Positions 45,018 to 58,031 are shown, counted from the first letter of the stretch. The stretch: DNA of 64,000 nt from Polyangiaceae bacterium (GCA_965222375.1 CBDCTZ010000016.1:160001-224000), one strand, 5' to 3'. Made by a program: numbers and translations. Notes: a model not told the origin generated them from the letters alone.

Positions 45018-45058
45018 GGGATCACTATACTGCCTTGCTGCAGTGCTCCCGGAGGCGT

Positions 45059-45961
45059 TCAAAAGCCCTTCAGGATCCCCTCGGCGGCTTTCCTGGCCTT
45101 CTGGGCTTCAGCGGCCTTTCTGGCCTTCCGCGCTTGTCCCACAGCCTTCACCGCCTCACCATGAGCCTTCTGGGCTTTGCGGATTGCCTCCTGCGCTTTA
45201 GCACTCCCGAGCAATTCACCACGGAACAGCACTCCCGCACGGGAGTAATTGTCGCCGCTGACGCCGTAGGCGAGTTGGCTCCTAGCGCCGTCCTTGTCCA
45301 TCACCGTGGCCAAGCCCTTGTACTCACCCTTGTATTTGCAGTCGGCGACGCTGAAGCTGAGGTTGAAGGCGTTGTAGCCCTCGTGGGCCAGGGTGAACGC
45401 ACCCGTATAGGTGCAGCCCCGCGCGTCCTTGCCCTCGAACAGACCCTTGTCGTTGATCTTCATGGCGAAGCTCACCGCGCCCCACTGATCGGCGAGCTCT
45501 GCGAGGGTCACGGGACGATCGTATTCCGGGCCGTAGCTGAGCTCGAAGCTGCCGCGATCCTTCTGGCCCTTGAAGGTGCCCTTCAAGCTCTTGCCCTCGA
45601 CCACGTCGCCTTCGAGAGTCACGGTGTCTCCTGCGCGGTGGTTTTCGTAGCCGACTAGGGTTCCCGAAAGCTTGCCGTCCCTGTCCTCGACGCTGCCGAC
45701 CATCTGTACGCCGCCGTAGGTGACGAAACGCGCCTTTCCGTCCTCGGTCACGAGGCCGATGACCGAGCCTGCAAAGCGCTGACTCTTGAACTTGCCCTGC
45801 CACAGCCCACCGACCGGATTCTTCTTGGCTGGAGGCGCGGGGGCGCTCTCTGCGGTCACTGCACCCGACGCGCTTGGGGTCTTCTTTTCGTCGTTGGAGG
45901 ACAGTTGCTTGCAGGCCAGCAACGCAACGAACAGCGGCAAGATGCTCCAGGGTCTGCGCAT
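45059..45961 (-). CDS. Hypothetical beta-rich lipoprotein with Lys/Ala helical tail
   Basis: MRRPWSILPLFVALLAC lipobox; G-x-W-x-G strands; KARKAAE repeated in the tail. Confidence 0.7.
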   Translation of the reverse strand: MRRPWSILPLFVALLACKQLSSNDEKKTPSASGAVTAESAPAPPAKKNPVGGLWQGKFKSQRFAGSVIGLVTEDGKARFVTYGGVQMVGSVEDRDGKLSGTLVGYENHRAGDTVTLEGDVVEGKSLKGTFKGQKDRGSFELSYGPEYDRPVTLAELADQWGAVSFAMKINDKGLFEGKDARGCTYTGAFTLAHEGYNAFNLSFSVADCKYKGEYKGLATVMDKDGARSQLAYGVSGDNYSRAGVLFRGELLGSAKAQEAIRKAQKAHGEAVKAVGQARKARKAAEAQKARKAAEGILKGF

Positions 45962-46144
45962 GCCGTGCACTGTACACGTCAAGTCAATGCACGAAAACGA
46001 CCGCGCGGCTGAGTTCGAGAGTAGTGGCCCAGGAGGCCCCCAGGGAACCGACCCCCAAACAAACAAACGTTGAAGCGGTGCCCGCGTTCCGATCCTTCGG
46101 TGCCCTCCGCAGCTTCGTGACTCGCGACCTCCGAGATCCCCGTG

Positions 46145-49323
<3,179 letters not shown>

Positions 49324-49324
<1 letters not shown>

Positions 49325-50034
49325 TGGCGAAGGTCGAGCAAAAGGACGAGAAGCTTCAGGCCAGTGGGCCACTCACGGACTTGGCGCTGACACTGCCGAT
49401 CTTCATCGCGTACCACCTGGGCGTCGTATTCCTGCCCGTACGCAACGCCGCGGACATGGTCACCAGCGAGCTGATCGCGCTGAGCGACAACAACATGCTC
49501 GCCTACGGCGGTCTGACAGTCGCCATCGGTGCCGTGTTCGTTGCGGTGCTGTTGGTGCTCGGACGCGGTCACGCGCTCAAGTGGGAGCGGTTTGCCTTCA
49601 TTGCCTTGGAGGGCGTGTTGTACGCCGTGGTCATGCGCTTTGCCGCCGCCTACGTGGTGGGCCGCATGTTCCTGGCGGCTGGTAAGACCATGGACCCCTG
49701 GACCGGTCTGGTCATGTCCTTGGGCGCAGGCTTCTACGAAGAGGTTGCCTTCCGAGTGATCCTGTTCGGCTTGGGCACCAAGTTGGTGCTGCTGCTGTTG
49801 CCAATGCTCATCCCAATGAAGCAACGCCTAGTCACGATCGCCTGGGCGGTGGTCTGCGCCGTGGTGTTCAGCGGTTGGCACTACGTCGGCGCCTTCGGCG
49901 ACCCCTTCGAAGCCAAGAGCTTCGTTTTCCGCGCTGTCTGCGGCCTGGTGTTCACGGTGATCTACCACTACCGAGGCTTCGCCCCCGCGGTGTGGACCCA
50001 CGCCTTGTACGACATTTGGGTGCTGGTCTTGTAG
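49324..50034 (+). CDS. CPBP family intramembrane glutamic endopeptidase
   Basis: GAGFYEEVAFR, FSGWHY, HALYD. ATG 49324 overlaps the previous stop. Confidence 0.88.
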
Positions 50035-50115
50035 GTGCGCCGCACGAGCGTGACGGGTTCGCCGTAGCCGTTCCCATCGCACAACCGTGACAGCTGTGCC
50101 CGGCTGGCACACCTA

Positions 50116-50432
50116 GTGGACGTGGGGACCACGTCATGGTCTGGCGCGGCATACCCTGGGCTTGTCATTGTGCTCGCCCTTCCGTTCCCGCTCACTGCCT
50201 GCGGTGACAGCGACACCGACGGAGGTGGTGGAAGCGGGGCAAGCGCAGGAAGTGCTGGAGTTGGTGCGACGGGCGGTAGCGCGGGAAGTGGCGGGAGCGC
50301 TGGAAGCGCGGGAAGCGGTGGCACCGCGGGGTCTCGGGCGACCAGGCGTCCGGGACGATCTACTGCAAGACCACCGGACTGGTGCAAGTCGAGTACACCG
50401 AGAACATCACCGCGAAACGCATCTCGAAGTAG
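50116..50432 (+). pseudogene. Lipoprotein remnant (internal deletion with frameshift)
   Basis: Lipobox LTAC and Gly linker run into non-protein-like text. Another frame from about 50330 reads VSGDQASGTIYCKTTGLVQVEYTENITAKRISK* with typical codon use. Confidence 0.55.
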
Positions 50433-50531
50433 ACGCGGGCGGCCGCGGGCCGCGCTGAGTGGTGTGGGGCAAGAGCCCGCCAGGCGCAAGCGTGGGTGCC
50501 TGGCGCGTCCGCCGTGCTAGTTTGCGCGCCG

Positions 50532-50906
50532 ATGGATGCCGCGACGGTGAGAGACGACAGCGCGGAGTTCACTGTCCTCGACTGGGTGGGGCTGGTGGTG
50601 GTGCTGTTGCCCGTCAGCTTTTTGCTCGCGTGGCCCTGGCTGCTAGCTCCTGCGTACCGCTCGATGTTTTCCGAATTCGGCGGTGAGCTACCTTTTCTCA
50701 CCGAGCTCGTCCTCTCGCCATGGCTACCGCTGCCACTTGCAGTGATCTCCGCGGGTCTAGTCGCGGGAGCGGCGCTGCGAGGTGCAAGTATCGGCAATCG
50801 ACGCGCTCTCGCGGTTGTGGCCTTCGTCGTCGCTCTTGTCGGAGTCGCAATGTGTTTCATTGGCGTGTACCTGCCGATCTTCCAACTGGCGGACGCGATC
50901 GAGTGA
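50532..50906 (+). CDS. Small 3-TM membrane protein resembling the TM/periplasmic parts of PilC/GspF
   Basis: PAYRSMFSEFGGELPFLTELVL and terminal GVYLPIFQLADAI. Confidence 0.65.
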   Translation: MDAATVRDDSAEFTVLDWVGLVVVLLPVSFLLAWPWLLAPAYRSMFSEFGGELPFLTELVLSPWLPLPLAVISAGLVAGAALRGASIGNRRALAVVAFVVALVGVAMCFIGVYLPIFQLADAIE

Positions 50907-50973
50907 GGCGCTCGCCGCGATGTGGCTGGCTTCGCAGGCCTGCTCTCATTTGCTTTCGGTGGGCTGCTCGCTA

Positions 50974-52135
50974 TTAGTGCGTCGGTGGTGTGCGCGTAGC
51001 GTTGCGGGAGCTCTTCGACTTCGAACTCCGCTGGGCTTTTTCGAAGCGCGTCCAACGCAGCGCTGACCTGCTTGCGCTTGAAGCCAGACGTAATCAACGC
51101 CTTAGCGGCCTTCGAATGAGCACGTGCTTCCTGCAGCTTGCGCTCCATGTGCTCCTCGCCAAACTCGCGCCGCGCCGCATCTTGGTTGTGGGGCTTGCAT
51201 AGCAAGCAAAGGTTCTGCGCAGTGGGCGGACCGCCACGGGCATGCGGATCGACATGTTCCAAGGTCACGTAGCGTCTCTCGTTGCAACGTCGCCCGTGTT
51301 CATCTACGAAGGTGACGCGCTTCGTGATACCCGACGGGGTGCACTGATGGTCGTCACGGTTCCAAACCTCTCGAACCACGGAGACCGGCACGTGTCGTGA
51401 ACCCTCCTTGAGTGGCCTGCGTTTTCGCGGCTTGTCACTCACGACGCCCTGACGTCGCTTGGTCTCCTTTGCGATGAGCTCATCCAAAGCACGCTCAAAT
51501 ATTTCTCCCAAGTTTCCTGGTGCCACGGCATGGCTGAGCAAGTTCCGGGCATGCTCGAGCTTGGCATGAAGCTCCGCGCTGGCCGTGAACTCCACGCGGT
51601 AGCTCTGCGCCGAGAGCGGCCGCACCCGGCTCCGCACGCCGTCTGTTCGTTCGGAGGTGGCGCCATTCGCGGACTGAATGGCAGCCACTCGCTGGCTCGT
51701 TACGGGCGCACCCGTCTCAGAACCGCTTGCGCCGGTCCCAGGACCAGCAAAATCCGCTCCGAGCGGAGTGATGCTCGGCAGCACGTCCGGCCTGGGGAAC
51801 CATCGCGCGATCACCAGCTCGATTTCGCGTCGCGTCTTGCCTCGGGCTTCGGCGAGTAGCGGACCCGCGTTGTCTTCTGTCAGGTGCCCCGAGAGCAGAA
51901 ACAGCCCGGTCAGGTGGATGGACCCGCTCGTCAACTCGTCGATGATTTGCGGTAGCTCCCGATACAGACGCGCCACGCGCATTCGCTTGCGGGCCGCGTC
52001 TTCCGAGTAGTCAAGCCGTTCTATGCAGAACGTGTACAGCGAGGAGCAAGCTTCGCGCAGGAAGAGTCTTCGACGGTCGACTTCTGCCAGGCAGACGATG
52101 ACTTCGGCTATCGCCCGACGCTCCCGGGAGCGATG
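50974..52135 (-). pseudogene. Decayed myxobacterial-type HNH endonuclease element (DUF222-like N-terminus, HNH, RuvA-C-like tail)
   Basis: LAEVDRRRL..EACSSLY.FC..L.YSE, RHVP..V.REVW.RD..QC, LEHVDP..RGG....NL.LLC..HN. No credible start codon; frameshift near the 3' end with TAA TAG at 50976-50971. Confidence 0.75.
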
Positions 52136-52265
52136 ACGGCAGGATCCGGCACATCCCCAAGAACCCAAAAGCACTCCGCCTCAACCCAGGCCAGCTACGG
52201 CGCGTTTCCGTTTCGGGGTGTCGCGCTGGGTGGGCAGACTTCCGTCAACCGTCCGTGCGAAGCGC

Positions 52266-52371
52266 TCCACATCGCCCGCTCTCACTCACCCGCACCGCAC
52301 GGCGTGGACGAACTGGTCCACATCGCCCGAGCTCACTCGCTGCGCCGCACGGCGTGCACGAAGTGCTCCAC
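52266..52371. repeat. Degenerate ~50-bp tandem duplication of the tlyA 3' end
   Basis: Units start TCCACATCGCCCG at 52266 and 52317 and share CTCACTC and CCGCACGGCGTG.ACGAA; the next TCCAC is at 52367. Confidence 0.8.
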
Positions 52372-53070
52372 GTTGCCCTTGGGGCCCGGGACGCGACAAG
52401 GGGCATCGCCGAGCACTTCGAAGCCCGCTCGTCGCACGCTCTCGAGGGCGGCGACAACGGCGGCCGCGCGAACCTCCGGATCCCGAATCACGCCCTTGCT
52501 CCGCGTTGCCTCTTCTTTGCCCACTTCAAACTGCGGCTTGATCAACGCAAGCAAGTGCTTGCCCGCTGGCAGAATTGAAGCGATGGCGGGTAGCAGTTTG
52601 TCGAGAGCGATGAAGGACGCATCCACGAGGACCAGGTCGATGGCCTCCGGAAAGCTGTCGCCGTTCAAGTGGCGCGCGTTCTGCCGATCGCGCACCACGA
52701 CGCGTTCGTCCTGCACCAGGCGCGCTGCGAGTTGGCCCCGACCTACGTCGACGGCGTAGACCTTGGCAGCTCCCTGTTGCAGGGCGCAGTCCGTGAACCC
52801 CCCGGTGGAAGCGCCGATGTCGACGCAGATCTTGTCCCGGCAGTCGACCCCGAGATCCGCGAGAGCGCCGGCCAACTTGTGTCCGCCGCGGGATACGTAA
52901 GGTTCTATGCCGCGGACTTCGAGCAACGCATCTTCGCGCAGCTGCGTGCCGGCCTTGTCGAGCTTGCGTTCTCCCGAGAAGACCTTGCCCGCCAAGACGA
53001 GGGCTTGCGCCTTGGCTCGGGATCCCGCCAAGCCTCGCTCTACCAATAGCTGGTCCAATCGCCGCTTCAC
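52333..53070 (-). CDS. tlyA: TlyA family rRNA methyltransferase
   Basis: S4 domain RLDQLL, YVSRGGHKL, DIGASTGGFTD, DASFI, KPQFE, GPKGNVE. Confidence 0.95.
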   Translation of the reverse strand: MKRRLDQLLVERGLAGSRAKAQALVLAGKVFSGERKLDKAGTQLREDALLEVRGIEPYVSRGGHKLAGALADLGVDCRDKICVDIGASTGGFTDCALQQGAAKVYAVDVGRGQLAARLVQDERVVVRDRQNARHLNGDSFPEAIDLVLVDASFIALDKLLPAIASILPAGKHLLALIKPQFEVGKEEATRSKGVIRDPEVRAAAVVAALESVRRAGFEVLGDAPCRVPGPKGNVEHFVHAVRRSE

Positions 53071-53948
53071 GGCACCGCCTGCACGGAAATGCCGGGGTGA
53101 AGGGCCTTGGCGAGGACGATCAGGCCCTCGCCGATCCTTGGTCCGGGCCGCAGCACGCGATCGTCATGCAGAGAGACGAAACGATCCTCCTTGACTGCAC
53201 GCAGCTCCCGGAAACCTGTCGTCTCCTTGTTCACGGTCTCACCGGCGTGACCAGATGCGCCGGTTGCGTCGACCAGTACGTCTGGATCCAATGCGAGCAC
53301 TTGTTCGATGCCGAGAGTCGGATAGCGTTTTGCACGAACCACGTTTTCGGCGCCTGCCAAGCGGAGCATCTCGTCGGCGAAACCGCCGCGACCTGCAACG
53401 ACGATGGGGCGCAGTCCAAACAGAAACAACGCCTTCGGGCGTTTGCGCCCAGTCACTGCTTCTTGAACGGCCGCTCGTTGCCGAGCGATTCGAGCTGAGA
53501 CTTCCCCTGCACCCTCGACAGCCCCCAATCGCTCCCCCAGGCCTTTGAGCATGGCCATGATCTGATCGAGCGTGTCCGTGTGCGGGAAGTAGCTCGTGAT
53601 CCCACGCTGAGCGAGTTGGTCCGCTATCTTGGGCCCCCCGGGCCCCTGAACCCCGATGACGAGGCTGGGTGAGAGTCCCAAGATGGCTTCCAGACTGGGA
53701 TCGATGAAGCCCCCGACAGAGGGCAGTTTGGCGGCGGCGGGGGGGTGGTCGCAGTATCGAGATCGGCCGACGAGCCGATTTCCGGCGCCGATGGCGAAGG
53801 CCGCCTCCGTGGTGCCCGGCGACAGCGACACGACGCGCATGGGGCTGGTTGCGTCCCGGACCTCGTTTTTCGCGGCAGAACGGCGTTTTTCGCAGGCTGC
53901 GAACAGCAGCAGCGGAATCGGGAGCAGCTTTCGCCGAGGGAGCCTCAT
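53067..53948 (-). CDS. Helical-backbone metal receptor (BtuF-like ABC substrate-binding lipoprotein)
   Basis: RVVSLSPGTTE, LVGRSRYCDHP, EAILGLSP, RPGPRI. Confidence 0.88.
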   Translation of the reverse strand: MRLPRRKLLPIPLLLFAACEKRRSAAKNEVRDATSPMRVVSLSPGTTEAAFAIGAGNRLVGRSRYCDHPPAAAKLPSVGGFIDPSLEAILGLSPSLVIGVQGPGGPKIADQLAQRGITSYFPHTDTLDQIMAMLKGLGERLGAVEGAGEVSARIARQRAAVQEAVTGRKRPKALFLFGLRPIVVAGRGGFADEMLRLAGAENVVRAKRYPTLGIEQVLALDPDVLVDATGASGHAGETVNKETTGFRELRAVKEDRFVSLHDDRVLRPGPRIGEGLIVLAKALHPGISVQAVP

Positions 53949-54118
53949 CTGCGAGGAAGATCCTAACCCAAACGGCGTAGATCGCGCCGTATCGACGGGT
54001 GCTTGTTCCTGGCTTCGAAAGGTTGACCTTCTCGGTGCACTAGGGCAACCCTACGCGCGCCCCAGCGGGGCGGAATCGCTTATCGCCAAATTTATAGGCG
54101 CTCTCTCGGAGGAAGCTC

Positions 54119-54904
54119 ATGAAGCGGATGTTCAATGTGGGTGTGGCAGCGACGGCTTTGCTTGCGGGCATGGCAGTCAGTGGAAACAGCTTTGCACAGG
54201 AAGTCGGTGCAGAGGGTGCAGTTGGCATGGGGTTACCAGGTGCGGCGCCAGGTGGGCCGGCTGGAGCCGCTCAGGGTGACTCGGACCATGATGCGATGAT
54301 TGGTCGTATCGGCGTTGGTTACTTGGGGCGCAGCCAGGTACCTCTTGGTGCAGCCGGTGCGGTGGGTAGCACGTCCGAGGATGCACCCATCATTGGCATT
54401 CGCTACTGGTTAGATTCGCTTTTGGGGCTGGAGGCGGGGCTTGGCTTCCTGAACACCGGTGGCTCGACAACCACGAACAACCAGAGCCAAGACAAGGCTG
54501 GCGTGACAGTTTTTGCAGTGCATGGTGGACTGCCGCTTTCGCTGTCGGCGGGACGGCATTTCTCTTTTCAGCTCACGCCGGAGGCAAACGTTGGGTTTGC
54601 GACCCGGACTACAACCCAGGGTACTGCCCCGAGCCAGACCGAGATCACTGATACGGGGCTTCGCTTTGACATTGGAGCACGTGTAGGTGGAGAGCTCCAC
54701 TTTGGCTTCATTGACGTGCCCGAACTGAGTATTCAGGGAAGCGTCGGAGCTCTCTTCATCAGTGACAGTCTCAAGACCGAGGTCAAGCCTCCTGCGGGCT
54801 CCACCGTGACCAACGAAGACACGACAACTACGTTCAGTACGACCGTCTACAACGACCCGTTCAAGCTATTCACTAGCAACATTGCCGTTTTGTACTACTT
54901 TTGA
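54119..54904 (+). CDS. Outer-membrane beta-barrel protein
   Basis: GGAGG RBS, Sec signal ending SFA, alternating strands, C-terminal LYYF. Confidence 0.8.
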   Translation: MKRMFNVGVAATALLAGMAVSGNSFAQEVGAEGAVGMGLPGAAPGGPAGAAQGDSDHDAMIGRIGVGYLGRSQVPLGAAGAVGSTSEDAPIIGIRYWLDSLLGLEAGLGFLNTGGSTTTNNQSQDKAGVTVFAVHGGLPLSLSAGRHFSFQLTPEANVGFATRTTTQGTAPSQTEITDTGLRFDIGARVGGELHFGFIDVPELSIQGSVGALFISDSLKTEVKPPAGSTVTNEDTTTTFSTTVYNDPFKLFTSNIAVLYYF

Positions 54905-54929
54905 TCGATTGAGGCACCGGGAGGTAGGT

Positions 54930-55523
54930 ATGAGACGCAGCATTATTCTTGGCTCGACCGCATTGATCATCATTGCTTGCGGGGGCAAGGGAGAGGGGAC
55001 GGCTGAACCGCTGTCCGTGAACGGCACGCCAGCATCGCCCATCAGGACAGGCGCGCCCATCGGGGTACCTGGCACCAAGCAGCCTGGAGGCGGCACCGGC
55101 AATACGACCGGATCGGGTGGCATAACCGGTTCAGGCGGCGCAACAGGTGGTGACTGTATGAGTGCATGCGCAGCCCTTGCTCAACGCTGCGAACAGTCCG
55201 CAGAAGCTTGTGGGGAGTTCTGTAATCTTGGTCCCGACGTGCAGTGTTTGCAGACCGTAAGCTGTGAGGCAGTGGGGACGTGTGTCAGCACTGGCACTGG
55301 CGGCACGACAGGCAGCGGTGGCACACCGCCCACGGGTGGTGCTGGCGGTGTCGGAGCGACTGGTGGCACAAGCGGCGGTTGCACTCCCGCCGACAATTGC
55401 GCGAATTGTCCAGACCAGAACGCGGGCCCATCGGAGTGCTTCGAGGTTTGCACGTGCGCAGTCAGTGCTGGGATAGCGCCAGCGGGCACGGACTGCCAAG
55501 CTGCCTGCTTCGGCTCTGGCTGA
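54930..55523 (+). CDS. Cys-rich lipoprotein
   Basis: GGAGG RBS, lipobox IIAC, two Cys clusters separated by Gly/Thr linkers. Confidence 0.75.
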   Translation: MRRSIILGSTALIIIACGGKGEGTAEPLSVNGTPASPIRTGAPIGVPGTKQPGGGTGNTTGSGGITGSGGATGGDCMSACAALAQRCEQSAEACGEFCNLGPDVQCLQTVSCEAVGTCVSTGTGGTTGSGGTPPTGGAGGVGATGGTSGGCTPADNCANCPDQNAGPSECFEVCTCAVSAGIAPAGTDCQAACFGSG

Positions 55524-55631
55524 CCTCCTCGGAAGTGGCGAAACTGCCGTTGGCGAGCCTAGCGTTCGCCAGTGGCTTTTTCGTATTCGGCGCAGAGTTC
55601 CGAGCGGCCCGCCCTTTGCGCTGAGCGCGGC

Positions 55632-58022
55632 GTGCGCTTGGATGCAGTGTTGGTGCTTGCCTGTGCGGCGCTCGGGGGATCCTGGGCGGCCACCGCGCCA
55701 GCAGTGGCCATCGTCTGCGCCGGGATCTGCGCGCTACTCGTGTTCCGTGGCCTGAGTGCCGCGCTTTTCGCTGCCGCGAGCCTCCTTTTCTGCCTTTCAG
55801 CTGTTCGGGCCTCCGCCGAGCTTTCGGCTTTTGAACGCGCCCACGCCCAGGTGCGCCAGGCGCTTGCGGGGCCCCGGCGTTGCGCGCTGGTCCTGCGCGT
55901 GACTCGCTCGCCAGTGTGGCGCCAGGACCGCGCCAAACTCGTTGGAGAGGCGAGCGAAGCGGACTGCGAGGGTCGCCCGCTACCTGCAGGGACCCGAGTC
56001 GCCATATACGGTGGAAGCGCTGACTTGCGTCGTGGGGATCAGCTCTACGTGATTGCGGATCTGGCGTCGGTTCGCGTTTTTCGCAATCTTGGTCAGCCCG
56101 ACTCGGTGCCTCGCGCTGCGGCGCGAGGCGTGCTGCTGAGCGGCGGAGCGCACGCCGTCGAGCTGGTCTCGCGGTCGACGACGCTGCCGGGCCTCGTCGA
56201 CCAGTTCCGAGCGTATACGCGGCGGCGCATCCGAGCCACATTCGCCGTGCGCGCAGAGGGGCTCGCACGGGCGCTCGTGCTCGGCGAAAGCGATCTGTCG
56301 GACGCCGAAGATGAAGCCTTTCGCAAGAGTGGGTTGGCTCATCTGCTTGCGGTCAGCGGTACGCACCTGGTGTTCGCCGTGGTTTCCGTGGTGGCACTGC
56401 TGCGTTTCTGTCTGGTACGCATTCCGGCTTTGGCAGCGCGGGGCGACGTGGGTCGGATCGCCGCCCTGGCCGGTGCCGTCTTGGCCCTGGCCTATGCGGA
56501 CTTTGCTGGCGGTAGTGGCTCGGCCTGGAGAGCCGCCTGGATGCTGTCTGCGGCCTTCGCCGCCCGGGCTCTGTCTCGCGCTCCAGATGCGCTGCGGGCG
56601 GTGGGTTGGTCTATTTTCGTGGGCGTCGCCGTCGACCCCCTCGCTGGATTCGACCTCTCCTTTCTGCTCAGCCTCGCTGCTACGACGGGGCTCCTGGCGC
56701 TGTCGCACTGGGCGGGTCGAAGCCTGCAGGGGATCTCATCGTCGGCCCTCCGCTGGCTGAGCATGGGCGTGGCCGCGACGGTGGCGTCGATGATCCCCTG
56801 CGCACCACTGTTGGCAATCATGGCCCCGGAGATCACCGTTGCCGGCGTCGCTGCCAATGTCGTGGCGGCCCCCTTTGGTGAGCTCGTATCCCTTCCGCTG
56901 TGTCTACTGCATCCGCTGCTGGGATTCGCGCCGGTGCTCGAACGGGGCGTTGCGCTTGCCGCGTCCGGCGCGCTCGTGATCGTGGGTCAGGTTGCCCGTA
57001 TCAGCGCAGACGCTAGCTGGGCCACGATACGCGTGCCGATCCCGGCGCCTGGTCAGCTGGGTCTCATCCTGCTGTTGGCGGTGAGCGTGTTGACCCGCGC
57101 ACGACGGTGGGTTCCCGTCGCTCTGCTTTCGCTCTTGATCGCGAGCGAGGTCATTGCGCGGCGGACCCACTCGCCGAGAGGTGACCTGCGCGTGAGCGTG
57201 CTCGATGTCGGGCAAGGCGATGCAACCATGGTCGACTTGCCCGGGGGCGAGCTCTGGCTGATTGACGCGGGGGGCTTCGTCGGGTCCAAGGTCGATCCAG
57301 GCAAGCGGGTCATCCTGCCCCAGCTGCGTGCGCGTCGGCGAAAGCGCATCGACGTCGTGGTTCTCTCGCACCCGCATCCAGATCACTTTGGTGGGCTGGT
57401 GTCGGTGCTCGAGCTGGCTGAGATTGGCGAGATTTGGGACACCGGACAAGGTGAGCGGGATGGGGCTGGCCCGACCTATGCGCGGCTGCTGTCCCTCGCG
57501 CGTCGCAAGAAGATCCCGCTCCTCCGGCCCGAGCAACTCTGTGGTCGCCACAGCAGGTCTGGCGCGGTCATTACCGTGCTCGCGCCCTGCCCCGGTGTCG
57601 TTGGCGCCCGCCCCGCGAATGACAATTCTTTCGTGCTGCATCTCAAACACGGCCGCCACTCAGCACTTTTCACAGGGGACGCGGAGGCCGAACTCGAGCG
57701 CGATCTGATTGCCGCTCATGGCCCGGCGTTGCAAGCCGATCTTCTGAAGGTCGGCCATCATGGCAGTCGTACGTCCAGCGGCCACGAATTCCTCGATGTC
57801 GTCAGGCCTTCGGTGGCAACGATTTCCTGCGGGGTTCGCAACCGCTTTGGCCACCCGCACCCCCGCACGCTGCGAGCGTTGAAGCGCCACGGCGTCGCCA
57901 CCCTGCGCACGGACCTGGGCGGTTCCATCATCTGGCAGAGTGATGGCGCGCAACTCGCGGTCACAAGCTACGTTCGCCACCGTGGGTGGCTTTCCATTGA
58001 CGGCTGGCTCTCGCCCCCGTAG
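55632..58022 (+). CDS. comEC: DNA uptake protein ComEC/Rec2
   Basis: SGLAHLLAVSGTH, SFLLS, LDVGQGDA, SHPHPDH, NDNS, TGDAE, KVGHHGS, NRFGHP. Confidence 0.94.
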   Translation: MRLDAVLVLACAALGGSWAATAPAVAIVCAGICALLVFRGLSAALFAAASLLFCLSAVRASAELSAFERAHAQVRQALAGPRRCALVLRVTRSPVWRQDRAKLVGEASEADCEGRPLPAGTRVAIYGGSADLRRGDQLYVIADLASVRVFRNLGQPDSVPRAAARGVLLSGGAHAVELVSRSTTLPGLVDQFRAYTRRRIRATFAVRAEGLARALVLGESDLSDAEDEAFRKSGLAHLLAVSGTHLVFAVVSVVALLRFCLVRIPALAARGDVGRIAALAGAVLALAYADFAGGSGSAWRAAWMLSAAFAARALSRAPDALRAVGWSIFVGVAVDPLAGFDLSFLLSLAATTGLLALSHWAGRSLQGISSSALRWLSMGVAATVASMIPCAPLLAIMAPEITVAGVAANVVAAPFGELVSLPLCLLHPLLGFAPVLERGVALAASGALVIVGQVARISADASWATIRVPIPAPGQLGLILLLAVSVLTRARRWVPVALLSLLIASEVIARRTHSPRGDLRVSVLDVGQGDATMVDLPGGELWLIDAGGFVGSKVDPGKRVILPQLRARRRKRIDVVVLSHPHPDHFGGLVSVLELAEIGEIWDTGQGERDGAGPTYARLLSLARRKKIPLLRPEQLCGRHSRSGAVITVLAPCPGVVGARPANDNSFVLHLKHGRHSALFTGDAEAELERDLIAAHGPALQADLLKVGHHGSRTSSGHEFLDVVRPSVATISCGVRNRFGHPHPRTLRALKRHGVATLRTDLGGSIIWQSDGAQLAVTSYVRHRGWLSIDGWLSPP

Positions 58023-58031
58023 CCACCCCGG

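Noticed and set aside
50360..50973. C-terminal 200 aa of the 604-aa HNH ORF
   Set aside because: Read-through after a frameshift, antisense to the 50532-50906 gene, with non-protein-like composition.
53949..54118. Cobalamin riboswitch upstream of the btuF-like gene
   Set aside because: No recognisable B12-box or GGGAA/GCCACTG core on the minus strand.
54119..55523. T-ending codon enrichment as a sign of horizontal transfer
   Set aside because: It can be explained by leading-strand G/T bias right of the putative origin or by high expression. There are no mobility genes, and the effect was not quantified.
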